Source: a virus (lineage: Duplodnaviria > Caudoviricetes). From it: a DNA stretch of 52,866 bases. Both the position numbers and the translations under genes were made by a program. Below, piece by piece: positions 1-9,191 of the stretch; position 1 is the stretch's first letter, and each line of letters starts with the position of its first letter. The stretch is from positions 1-52,866 of IMG/VR virus record IMGVR_UViG_3300017971_000066; one strand, written 5' to 3'. The notes under the pieces are model-generated. The model did not search any database, had not been told where the DNA came from, and saw nothing but the letters and a program-made list of their open reading frames with translations.

Positions 1-123
1 CATAAGCAGTGCTAATATTTCCAGCACCTTCATCTATTTCGACTTCAGAGTATGTACCATACGCATTTGCAGTCGTACCTGTGGCTGCTGACTGTTTAAG
101 AACTTTATTGTAAGAACCATTAG
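1..123. repeat. Terminal direct repeat, copy 1 (circular-assembly overlap)
   Basis: Bases 1-123 (cataagcagt...gaaccattag) are identical to 52744-52866, and an ORF reads through the join in frame. Confidence 0.97.
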
Positions 124-2683
124 CAGCAGAGGTTACACCTGCATTATTTTCATAACACATATTAAGAGAACCATAAGCAGCACCTACAACTGTAGTAGAC
201 GTGCCATATGATTGTGCAGTATTATAAGTCCCAACTAAGGTAGAAACAGTACCAGAGCTATGACTAGCATTACTGACCATATAACTGCCGTAGATTAAAT
301 CTGAATCCCCTGTTGCAGTAATGTTAACAACTACTCCACCGATACGGTGCTCATTATTTACGTCACCCCCAGTAGCAGACGAATCTATATCAATATTAAT
401 ACCACGATGCCATGTGTCTGTTGTAGTAGCTACATCACCCGAAATAGCATAAGTCAGTAGGAACGCATTATACCCAGCATCAGCGACTGTATCTCCTTGG
501 GAGTACATTTCAAGACGACCATCAGGATAAAATATCCAAGGAAGATTAGCTCCGGGTAGATTTTGTGGGCGTATTCTAAAGGTGTCATTATACAAATATG
601 CTTGCCAATACTCATTGTCTGTATCAGCAGTTGCACCGTTATAAAAGTAAGCTGACCCACCTTGAAGAGCATCTGCACCGTAAAGGTACAAGTTTCCAGA
701 AGTAGTGTCCGACTCACCAACAAAAACGGAGCCGCCTTTAATAGTAGCATTAGCACTCGCTACGATATTTTGAGAGTTCTGTACAGTCAATGCAGTAGTC
801 TTTGCAGCCGTACCAGTCGATATTACTAATTCACCAGCAGACTCATCCCAGTGTAACCATGTGTTGCCGGCAGCAGCTATTTCAGTATCGTTAGCCTGAG
901 TTGCATGATTAGAAGCATATAACTTAACGTTACCGCCTTGTCCTGCTGTCCAACTACCATTGATGTGCAACATACCATCGTTGATGGAATTAAGAAGTAC
1001 ACCAGTATCTGCGGATGTCCCATCTCCTATGTTGACAGAACCTGCGTAAACACTAAGTGATCTGGTTTTAGTACCAGTACCACCACTAAGAGTTAACGTA
1101 CCTGCTGACTCATCCCAGTGCATGAAAGTCTGATTATCAGACTTAAGCAGCATATCGCTACCATTAGTATCAGTGCTACCACGTAAAGTAATAGCTGCAC
1201 CATCGCCAGCTACGTTACCTCCGCTTATTGTTAAAGCAGCAGCCGTGTCTATTTTTACAATGGCATAGTCTGTCGCAGTTGTTCCGAAATAAGTTTGACC
1301 ATCATGAACATTTAGTCTTTCACCAGTGCAATTATCATCAATACCGATAGAAGTGAAGGCACCATTAACTGTTAAATCATAGTTCTGGACTAAATTACCA
1401 GCTTGATCCCATGAAGCAAAAGTAGTTGAAGCGTTTTGCTGCAATAACAAGTCATCATTATTAACAACCCAGCGATACTGCTCAACAGTGGTGTCATAGT
1501 CAGCAGAAGTGAACAGGGAAATACTGCCGCCAGTTGCTATACCAGTACCATCACCACGAACATTAATAACGCCGCGAGTTGTATCGTTAACACCAACTTC
1601 AAGGCTACCTCCTAAGACATCCACATCACCGGCAAATGTTGCAGCTTGAGAAGAATCAATGGTAAGTGCTGTTGTTTTCGCACCTGTGCCAGTCAGTAAT
1701 TCAAGACTACCAGCAGACTCATCCCATCTTAAGAATGCATTAGTACCTGCTCTAAGGCTCATATCGTTAGCAGCTGAAGCATGAGCGCTGCCATACATCA
1801 ATATATTGGAACCAGTGTTAGCATTTGATGTTGAAGAAATCTGAAGAGCACCGTCAGAGTTTCTAGTGACTAAGGCCGCTGTAGCTGCGCTAGTGTTATC
1901 ACCAATACTAACTTTAGTATCTGCAACAACAAGACGAATTCCAGTGGCATTATCATCAATACCAACAGAAGTGAAAGCACCATCAACAGTAAAATTTGAA
2001 GCCCAGATACAATCACCATCATTGTATATTGTGGCGTAATCAAGATCAGAGTTACCCAGTACAAGGTTGTCACTATCGATTCTAAAGTTATGCCAGCTTA
2101 TAACTCCGTCTTGATCTCCGGCAGTATAAAGATATAAAGACCCTCCGTTGGTAGCTCCCGTTGCGCCACCGAAAATGTATACCGACCCTTTTTTAACATC
2201 GTTAATGCCGACTTGAAGTGTGGATACAGTAGAGCCGCCTTGTATGCTAACAGTGCCATCGCTTTCTAAATAAAGATAATCATCGTCTGTGTTTGGGCCA
2301 AGCCTAAAACCATCAGCAAAACTATGTAGTACCCAATAGTCAATAGTGGTGTCATAGTCAGCGGTTGTATACAGCCGAAATTCAGGTTGTTGCAAAAGAG
2401 TTGCACCTGCATACAGCGATAAGATTCCTTTTTCAGTATCGTTTGTTCCTATTGTCACATCGCCAGTGAAAGCACAAGACTCATCACTACCGACAGTCAA
2501 CCATGTGGCATCAGAATTATCCACTATGCCTGGTATGACATAATTTCCGCCGGCAGTCGTACCATCGCCGATGAACAGCTTCTTGCCATCGGTGGTGTAG
2601 ACCAGCTCGCCCTGCAGCGGGATGCCGAGCGTCGTCGTCCTGGCTGACTCAAGCCCGCGCAGTATTCTCAGGTGGTTTGACAT
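1..2683 (-). CDS. Long tail fibre / receptor-binding protein, 5' part (1145 aa in total; continues across the join to 51989)
   Basis: Translated by hand from ATG at 2683 (MSNHLRILRGLESARTTTLGIPLQGELVYTTDGKKLFIGDGTTAGG, an Mtd N-terminal-like domain). The frame stays open to base 1 and continues in frame at 52743 into the 51989..52597 ORF. Gly/Thr/Asp-rich with repeated FTSxGIDDN and WDESAG modules. Confidence 0.9.
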   Translation of the reverse strand, partial: MSNHLRILRGLESARTTTLGIPLQGELVYTTDGKKLFIGDGTTAGGNYVIPGIVDNSDATWLTVGSDESCAFTGDVTIGTNDTEKGILSLYAGATLLQQPEFRLYTTADYDTTIDYWVLHSFADGFRLGPNTDDDYLYLESDGTVSIQGGSTVSTLQVGINDVKKGSVYIFGGATGATNGGSLYLYTAGDQDGVISWHNFRIDSDNLVLGNSDLDYATIYNDGDCIWASNFTVDGAFTSVGIDDNATGIRLVVADTKVSIGDNTSAATAALVTRNSDGALQISSTSNANTGSNILMYGSAHASAANDMSLRAGTNAFLRWDESAGSLELLTGTGAKTTALTIDSSQAATFAGDVDVLGGSLEVGVNDTTRGVINVRGDGTGIATGGSISLFTSADYDTTVEQYRWVVNNDDLLLQQNASTTFASWDQAGNLVQNYDLTVNGAFTSIGIDDNCTGERLNVHDGQTYFGTTATDYAIVKIDTAAALTISGGNVAGDGAAITLRGSTDTNGSDMLLKSDNQTFMHWDESAGTLTLSGGTGTKTRSLSVYAGSVNIGDGTSADTGVLLNSINDGMLHINGSWTAGQGGNVKLYASNHATQANDTEIAAAGNTWLHWDESAGELVISTGTAAKTTALTVQNSQNIVASANATIKGGSVFVGESDTTSGNLYLYGADALQGGSAYFYNGATADTDNEYWQAYLYNDTFRIRPQNLPGANLPWIFYPDGRLEMYSQGDTVADAGYNAFLLTYAISGDVATTTDTWHRGINIDIDSSATGGDVNNEHRIGGVVVNITATGDSDLIYGSYMVSNASHSSGTVSTLVGTYNTAQSYGTSTTVVGAAYGSLNMCYENNAGVTSAANGSYNKVLKQSAATGTTANAYGTYSEVEIDEGAGNISTAY

Positions 2684-2686
2684 CGA

Positions 2687-4072
2687 TTAAAAGGTTCCGC
2701 CATCCAACAGATTATTTATTAAAGTTTTTACTGTGCTGGTCGCTGTAGCATCATAGATAGCCACCGAGTCTGCGGCGCCATCAACGGCAGCTGCAACAGA
2801 AAGGTTGTCCACATCTAATTCGAGGGACCGATCAGCAGATAGATCACCACCACCAGCCAGACCACTGTTAGCGTTAGTATTAATGTTGCGAGTATCGAGG
2901 ACATAGCCATCCAGATTTTTCTGTACGACGGTCCACTGGTCGCCGTTACTCAAGACGCCATTGGCCTCGGCAATCAGTACGTCACCAATTTCCAGAACAG
3001 GGTCTGTGCCAGTCGTGAAGTTATAGGTACCGGCTGCGGTAACCGTGTAGGTATCACCGACAGATGATGTGATTGTATTCAGGTTTGGCGAGCCAGCGCC
3101 AGCTGCAGCGGTAGGATCAAAGCCGCCTTTGTAGGTCATTTCTGATGCCAGGGCTGCTGAAATCTCTGCATCGACATAGGCCTTGATTGACTGCTGTGAT
3201 GCTACCTTGGTGGCATCGTTGCCCGTGAACGTGTCATCATCGAGGAACCATGACTTGCCGGATAGGTCTGTGGCGGTATCAGCCGTGTAGCCATTGGTAT
3301 CAATCGCAATCGTGTCGGCTGCAGTCTTGTATAAGAACTGAGAACCTGCACCAGCAGCGCCTGTCATTTGACCAGCAAGAGAAGTCAGTGCCGGGCCTAC
3401 AACCGGGTTGATCGTGACGTTGGACGCCGTGTTGGCGGAATAAGCGGCTGAGAAGTTTAGTGCTACCGTGGTGTTGGTTGCGCCAGCGGTCCCTGCAGCA
3501 GATCCCAGAGTGCCGTCATTAACAGTAGGTAGGTCAGAAGTAAGCGCCAGAGTACCTGTTCCGCCAGGAATGGTATGCGTATTCAGCGTGCCGACGCCGG
3601 CCATGTTACCGGTGGTATCAGCAATGGTGACTACAGAATTCTGAATCAATGTGCCAGATGTGGTGTCCCAGCGAGTTATTGCATTATCGGTTACCGCCGC
3701 ACCTGGACCGGAAACATCGCCAGATCCAGCTGGTGTCGCCCATTGACCATCGCCGCGCCAGAATGTTGAGCTGGTCGCGCCAGTGCCAGAGTTTAGATGT
3801 GATACCGGAAGGTTGCCGCTTACCTGGCTGGCCAGATCCACCGTCGCCGATATGGCGTAAGCGCCAGCGCCGGTTCTGCGCATGAAGCCGTTCGAGCTGA
3901 AGTCACCATCAACCAGCACCGAAGTCGAGCCGATCATAACCGGCGTGTTCGAGCTGTTGGCGATATACAGGTGGTTATCGTTTTCAGTAAAGATTAACTG
4001 ACCGAAGGCGACCGTTCCGACAGACCCAATCGCCGTACTTGTTGATCTTTTTATTCTTAGTTGGTTGGCCAT
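2687..4072 (-). CDS. Fibre-like virion protein (461 aa)
   Basis: N-terminal 'LRIKRS' Mtd_N-like start, the fibre motifs TFWRGDGQWATP, GDVSGP and ASQQSIKAYVD, and C-terminal LDGGTF. Confidence 0.8.
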   Translation of the reverse strand: MANQLRIKRSTSTAIGSVGTVAFGQLIFTENDNHLYIANSSNTPVMIGSTSVLVDGDFSSNGFMRRTGAGAYAISATVDLASQVSGNLPVSHLNSGTGATSSTFWRGDGQWATPAGSGDVSGPGAAVTDNAITRWDTTSGTLIQNSVVTIADTTGNMAGVGTLNTHTIPGGTGTLALTSDLPTVNDGTLGSAAGTAGATNTTVALNFSAAYSANTASNVTINPVVGPALTSLAGQMTGAAGAGSQFLYKTAADTIAIDTNGYTADTATDLSGKSWFLDDDTFTGNDATKVASQQSIKAYVDAEISAALASEMTYKGGFDPTAAAGAGSPNLNTITSSVGDTYTVTAAGTYNFTTGTDPVLEIGDVLIAEANGVLSNGDQWTVVQKNLDGYVLDTRNINTNANSGLAGGGDLSADRSLELDVDNLSVAAAVDGAADSVAIYDATATSTVKTLINNLLDGGTF

Positions 4073-4082
4073 ATTTTAGTCC

Positions 4083-4457
4083 TCAGAAGGTTCCGCCATC
4101 AATTATAGTATCTCCATCTTGTGATGCGAGACTGTGTTCATCTACCAGCTTGTCAGCTGTAATGTACTGGATCACAAAACTGTCAGCCGGCCAGACTTGA
4201 GCTATCGTTCCCTCAAGACCCCGCGTCATGCCAGTGATCGTATAAGGACCAGTGCCTGTCCTGCCGGTGTAAGAAACTACCTCAAATTTGGTCGGTGCAG
4301 AAAGTGAATCGGTTATGGTTGCCCAGGCTATGCCGCCAGCTGGATCTGGTGGCGTGGTCCATGGAGCGATAGCCGCTGCAATATCCATCGTGGATGATGC
4401 CTGCAACGTCTGCGTGGTTGTCTTTGATTGTACGAAATTGTTCCAGCTCGCTGCCAT
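4083..4457 (-). CDS. Virion structural protein (124 aa)
   Basis: Contains an 'EVVSYTGRTG...ITGMTRGLEGTIAQVW' motif typical of fibre-associated domains, ends IDGGTF and is coupled to its neighbours. Confidence 0.7.
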   Translation of the reverse strand: MAASWNNFVQSKTTTQTLQASSTMDIAAAIAPWTTPPDPAGGIAWATITDSLSAPTKFEVVSYTGRTGTGPYTITGMTRGLEGTIAQVWPADSFVIQYITADKLVDEHSLASQDGDTIIDGGTF

Positions 4458-5026
4458 TATGACCTCTGGATAGTAAATGAACCGTTACCGTTATCATTCC
4501 TATCGAGCGTGTAGTCGTCGTTGGTGATCTGGGTACCGTCGTTGTTGTAAGTATTAGGTTTGTTGACATCAAGATCCAGTCTGCGCCACATTTCATCAGA
4601 CCTGTTATTGATATCTGAAAGCTGTGTCTGCTCTTCTGGGCTTAGTCCTGAACCGACAGATACAAGCTGTAGACCGAGAGAGTTTGACGGTACAACAGAG
4701 CAACCGTTGGTGTTCACATATACGTCAATAAAGTTATTATTCGACCCTTTTAGATCGCAGCGCACAGCGGAGCCAGATATGGTTACCGTATAGCCATTGA
4801 TGATTTCATCGAACGGTGGATAATCCGCGCCAGCGAAATCAAGCCTGGCATTATCGTGTGCCAAGATTTGTTCTGCCCATAAACCATCAACAAATGATGA
4901 CTCAAGGCGTCTGATCTCGATCAAAAAGTCGGACATCTGCAGCTCATAACGATCACCCGACACCAGATTTAAGTCTGATGTCGGGATCGTTATTAACTTA
5001 GTCGTCCAGTTGACTGAATAGGCCAT
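4457..5026 (-). CDS. Hypothetical structural protein (189 aa)
   Basis: Stop/start overlaps with both neighbours; lies in the structural cassette. Confidence 0.7.
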   Translation of the reverse strand: MAYSVNWTTKLITIPTSDLNLVSGDRYELQMSDFLIEIRRLESSFVDGLWAEQILAHDNARLDFAGADYPPFDEIINGYTVTISGSAVRCDLKGSNNNFIDVYVNTNGCSVVPSNSLGLQLVSVGSGLSPEEQTQLSDINNRSDEMWRRLDLDVNKPNTYNNDGTQITNDDYTLDRNDNGNGSFTIQRS

Positions 5027-6816
5027 TAGGTCTGATCTTCAAGTACCACTGTGACTGAAACCGAGTTTGATCCTACCCCTGTAAAGGATATGGGTACAGG
5101 CTTATCTGGTGTAGTCTCATCACCATGACGGACCCAGCCAATGAAGTCGCGTGTACCAGAGGCGAATACAAAGGTGTTGCTCGCTGTCTTGGTAGTGCCT
5201 CCGCCTGTTGCGGACTCGTACAAGAAGGCTACCAGAATATCATCGGCTGCCACGATATTGCTATTCAGCGTACCGCCGTTCAGTGTTCCGCCTAGTGTGA
5301 ATGTGGTGCTTGTACGGGAGGTGTACTCGTAGAAGGTAATGAAGGTATCACCAGAGTGCTGCACACCAACATAGCCTGCTGCAGGCTCGTCTGAATCAAT
5401 CGCAGCGACAGTGATAGTTGTTCCGCCAGTAGTCTCGCCACCAGTTGCAGAATACTTATCGTAATCTGGTGAACTGAGGACAGGATCTTTTTCCGCCAGG
5501 AAGACGCGTGGATCATCGCCAGCATTACCGACTTCGACATTCACCGTCAGTGTTACGTTCTGAGGAACAGTAGGCTGCTGATTATCCAGAGAGGTAACAG
5601 AATCACCGAATTCCAATTCGCCAGCGCTGATACCAACGCCGAACGCGGCGATCCAAGCAGAGCCGTAGAACTGGCCGATCCAGTTGGCATTGGTAGCAAG
5701 AGCGCTTGATGCTTCAGACATAGCCTGGGAACCAGTCGCACCTGATAGAGTTACCGTAGCATCTGGCGGAACACCCGTTTCCAAGTGAATGACCATGCGC
5801 GTGTTTGATGAGCCTGCCGTGTTACGAACACCCATCAGCGTACCTGTACCGGCTGTAGCACCTGTGCCCCACGATACTTGTTCGTCCTGTACCCAAGTGC
5901 CAGAACCGGAAGTCAAGTTGTCACAGTCATAGACGCGTGCGGTCCACAAGTCACCATCAAAACCCCAAGGCGTGTTGGTGGTGTTGTAAGCAAACATCGA
6001 TTTAACGCGCTGATACAGTGATTTCTTATCAGCGTTACCGACGCCCACATAAGACAGGGTGCCGACGAATTCTTTGTCGCCGTTACCATCAACATCGATC
6101 AGGTCGATACCCTGCAGCCCGGTAGTAATAGAGCCCCAGGTATTTACGGTCGCTTCAGCAGTGTCGTTCTGCGAATCAGCAAAGGTGTTAATCGCCGCGA
6201 CTTTTTCACCAAGACCCAGCGTGGTTTCCCATACGGAATAGGTATCGCCCCAGTGGGCCGCTTTCACATTGACGCGAGAGCCGTCTATCTCAGCATCGGC
6301 TGCATAGGTTTTCACCAGTACGCGCAGAAGAGTGGAGCCATCGGTTTGGTTCCAGCCGTTAGCAACATTGCCCCAGAACTCTGTGACAAGCGCGTTGTTC
6401 TGCAAAATCTGCAGCGTGGTGGATGTGTTGGCTACAGAGCCCAGTACGATCAGACCTGAATATCTTTCCAGCTCGGCAGAAGCGTTCTGCTGCTCTACTG
6501 AGCCGCCAAAGAAATATTGTGCCGCCGTGTCATCGATATTGTATCGGACACCGTAGTTGGTGGTGTGATCCTGCAAGGTAATGATGGTACCCAAGGCCGC
6601 CGATGTGCTGGGGTTTGGTTTTGCCAGGTTGACCAGATCATCTGAACTGGTAGTGAAGTCCCATACCTTGTGTTGTAGTGCTCTATCGAGCCAGGTCACA
6701 TGGAATGTATCGGTACCGGAAACGTATCGAACATCACCGGTTGCACTGATACTGAACTGCGTTAAAAACGCGGCTACAGCGGTTGTCGCCGTAGCACCTA
6801 CGTCATAAATAGCCAT
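5026..6816 (-). CDS. Beta-rich structural protein (596 aa)
   Basis: Long ORF, Thr/Gly/Asp-rich, with an RBS (GGAG) upstream, in the late operon. Confidence 0.75.
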   Translation of the reverse strand: MAIYDVGATATTAVAAFLTQFSISATGDVRYVSGTDTFHVTWLDRALQHKVWDFTTSSDDLVNLAKPNPSTSAALGTIITLQDHTTNYGVRYNIDDTAAQYFFGGSVEQQNASAELERYSGLIVLGSVANTSTTLQILQNNALVTEFWGNVANGWNQTDGSTLLRVLVKTYAADAEIDGSRVNVKAAHWGDTYSVWETTLGLGEKVAAINTFADSQNDTAEATVNTWGSITTGLQGIDLIDVDGNGDKEFVGTLSYVGVGNADKKSLYQRVKSMFAYNTTNTPWGFDGDLWTARVYDCDNLTSGSGTWVQDEQVSWGTGATAGTGTLMGVRNTAGSSNTRMVIHLETGVPPDATVTLSGATGSQAMSEASSALATNANWIGQFYGSAWIAAFGVGISAGELEFGDSVTSLDNQQPTVPQNVTLTVNVEVGNAGDDPRVFLAEKDPVLSSPDYDKYSATGGETTGGTTITVAAIDSDEPAAGYVGVQHSGDTFITFYEYTSRTSTTFTLGGTLNGGTLNSNIVAADDILVAFLYESATGGGTTKTASNTFVFASGTRDFIGWVRHGDETTPDKPVPISFTGVGSNSVSVTVVLEDQT

Positions 6817-6832
6817 TTATTCTTCTCCTGAT

Positions 6833-8536
6833 TTAGACTCTTTTTAATCTGACCGTTATTGAAAAACCACTACTGGTGTATTGCCCATTAATGTCAGCCG
6901 GAACATAATCTTCCCCTGACAGATCCATATCTCTCGCCCAGCCTGTGACGTTAGTGTCAGCGTCATAGTCGATCTGGGTACTAATCACACCCGAAGCATT
7001 TGTCGCCCCATTGAGATAGACAGTGCCAGTATCGCCCACCTTGTGTAGGTAGACTCTTGATGTGGTACCGATTGCGCTACCTGTTACGTCATCAAGCACA
7101 GTTACCTGCAGGGTGATCTGGTTCGCGGTTACATTTACTGTAGCGGTTGATCCGCTTGGCAAAGCAACAGATGGCACAGACGCACCGTCTGCCACCGAAA
7201 TATTAAACGTACCGCTGGCGGCATTAATAAACAGCGCCTCATTGCCGTTGGCTGTCGATCCCTCGTAATACGGGGTAATCGGGCTACCAGTCGCACCAGC
7301 TCTGAAACCAGACAGCGTGTTACTCCATGAGTAGGTCGCAGCAGATCCGGTCAGCTCCACGGCGTACTGGGTATTAGTTGAATGTTTGGTCAGTGAACAT
7401 TTGTCCACTTTGTTCGTATTGGCGGTGGTCAGTACGGCATCACTGGTAACGGTTGAATCACTTACGCTCCAACTGTCCACTTCACCAGTGACTGTAATCT
7501 GGCCGCAACCTACAGCAGCACATCCGTTCGATGTGTTACCTATCGTTATGGAAGTCCGTGATGTCAGAACCACATTATCCAGTGTCTGGCCCGTTGCCGT
7601 GGTGACCGTACCGGGGCCATAAATTGAACCGCCACTCATCGAGAACGATGTAGCCGATGACGTGTCCATATTGACTCCCACGCCGCCAGCTGTTCCGATG
7701 GTGGAGTTTGTCAGGGTATGGGAGCCGGTAAAGTCACAGGTATAGGTGTAGGTCGAGTCCAGCACCGTGTCAGTGAACACCATTGTTTCACCGTCTGATA
7801 CCTGACTTGAGCCATCAAACTCGATATTGCCCTGCGCAAAGATAATCCCGTTTTCGTTAGAAAGAATACCTACTTTATTAGTATCTTGCGCGTTAAATGA
7901 TTCAAGAAATAATGCATCACTGGTAGTGGAGCCGGTGAATGTCAGGCCGTCACCGATGTCGTAGGCGTCAATAACAAAGTTGGCAAAACGTGTAGTCGCC
8001 GTGCCCACGTCTGTAACCACACCAAACTCGGTAATGTTACCAATCTGGGGTGTACCTGCGTCATCAGTAGTGAATCGGGTGGATAGGTCAATAGAGATTG
8101 CCCATTTTTTAAACCCGCCTAAATATGTGTCAGAACCAGCGATATTCCAAAAGCCTCGGTTCGTGCCGTCACCCAGCATCATCTGGTAGCCGCCGCTTGC
8201 CTCAGTTAAGAGTGAGCCTGATGCAAGAAACGTAGACCATGCCCAAAACAACCCACCGGGAATTTTTACTGTGCCGGAGCCGGTACTGCCAGACGTAAAA
8301 TCGTAGCTCGTACCTGGGGTGTGTAGCATCATGATGCGTTGTTTGTTGGTCGTGGTTTCAATGGCGTTGGAGCCTTCCACGAACAAGTCGGTAGAACCCA
8401 CCGAGTTCACGATAGACGGAGTACCACCGCCGCCTTCTAGTTTTACGAGTGACCAGTTGGTTGTGTTTTCACAATCCGCACCTGTAGCCCTTGTAACTAC
8501 AGAGAAAGTACCCGATGCGTTAATACTTACAGCCAT
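6833..8536 (-). CDS. Beta-rich structural protein, possible beta-helix plus Ig-like C-terminus (567 aa)
   Basis: Long Ser/Thr/Gly-rich ORF; C-terminal 'LQVTVLDDVTGSAI...ATNASGVI' resembles Ig/prealbumin-like domains. Confidence 0.7.
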   Translation of the reverse strand: MAVSINASGTFSVVTRATGADCENTTNWSLVKLEGGGGTPSIVNSVGSTDLFVEGSNAIETTTNKQRIMMLHTPGTSYDFTSGSTGSGTVKIPGGLFWAWSTFLASGSLLTEASGGYQMMLGDGTNRGFWNIAGSDTYLGGFKKWAISIDLSTRFTTDDAGTPQIGNITEFGVVTDVGTATTRFANFVIDAYDIGDGLTFTGSTTSDALFLESFNAQDTNKVGILSNENGIIFAQGNIEFDGSSQVSDGETMVFTDTVLDSTYTYTCDFTGSHTLTNSTIGTAGGVGVNMDTSSATSFSMSGGSIYGPGTVTTATGQTLDNVVLTSRTSITIGNTSNGCAAVGCGQITVTGEVDSWSVSDSTVTSDAVLTTANTNKVDKCSLTKHSTNTQYAVELTGSAATYSWSNTLSGFRAGATGSPITPYYEGSTANGNEALFINAASGTFNISVADGASVPSVALPSGSTATVNVTANQITLQVTVLDDVTGSAIGTTSRVYLHKVGDTGTVYLNGATNASGVISTQIDYDADTNVTGWARDMDLSGEDYVPADINGQYTSSGFSITVRLKRV

Positions 8537-8862
8537 CAGATTACCTCAAATATTTTTCCAGTATGATCGCTGACCAACTTACAAATGCCAAGCTGCTGTG
8601 CAGTATGAGCATCGGCATAGGTCATATCACCTTGCCCGGCGGCAATCAGTGTTTCTGTAGTGAAGTCTTCGATATCGATTGTAAACTGGCTGTCATCATC
8701 GAATACGATTGTATCGTTTTCGATCTTATAGTGCTTCAAGACCATGGTAAGAAAATACTGGGACGCTTCTGACGCGGTGTCTGGTATCCGCTGCTGGATG
8801 GTCTGGTTGACCATGAATATATAAGGATATTCATCATTTACATCTGTGTTCTTGATTGCCAT
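8536..8862 (-). CDS. Hypothetical protein (108 aa)
   Basis: ORF with 1-nt stop/start overlaps on both sides. Confidence 0.7.
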   Translation of the reverse strand: MAIKNTDVNDEYPYIFMVNQTIQQRIPDTASEASQYFLTMVLKHYKIENDTIVFDDDSQFTIDIEDFTTETLIAAGQGDMTYADAHTAQQLGICKLVSDHTGKIFEVI

Positions 8863-9191
8863 TAAATGAACTCCACATATTCGATGAGATCTTTCCTGTC
8901 GCCAGCTTCGTATCGATGGACATTCATTCTTTTTATCCTGTTGCCTGCAATCTCCTGCAGGATCTGCTGCACCTGATTCATCTGATCAGCATTCATCTGG
9001 TAGATAGTATCAACCGCCTGCTTCATCTGGGTAGCTACTTTCTCTGAATTGTCTGGAACAATAATCGGTGGTGGAGCTTCTGCAGCTGGTGCAACCGGAG
9101 TTGTTTTATTCGGTTTACGCTTGATCCTCGTATTCGATTTCCTCTCAAGCGCCGCCAGCTCTTTCGATGACAGTTGCCTCATCCCAGACAC
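8862..9191 (-). CDS. Hypothetical protein (109 aa)
   Basis: Coupled ORF overlapping the 3' end of the 1568-aa gene; Pro-rich linker and a helical segment. Confidence 0.7.
   Translation of the reverse strand: MSGMRQLSSKELAALERKSNTRIKRKPNKTTPVAPAAEAPPPIIVPDNSEKVATQMKQAVDTIYQMNADQMNQVQQILQEIAGNRIKRMNVHRYEAGDRKDLIEYVEFI

Noticed and set aside
1-4072. Diversity-generating retroelement suggested by Mtd_N-like fibre starts
   Set aside because: No reverse transcriptase ORF recognised and no ~100-bp TR/VR pair differing at adenines was seen.
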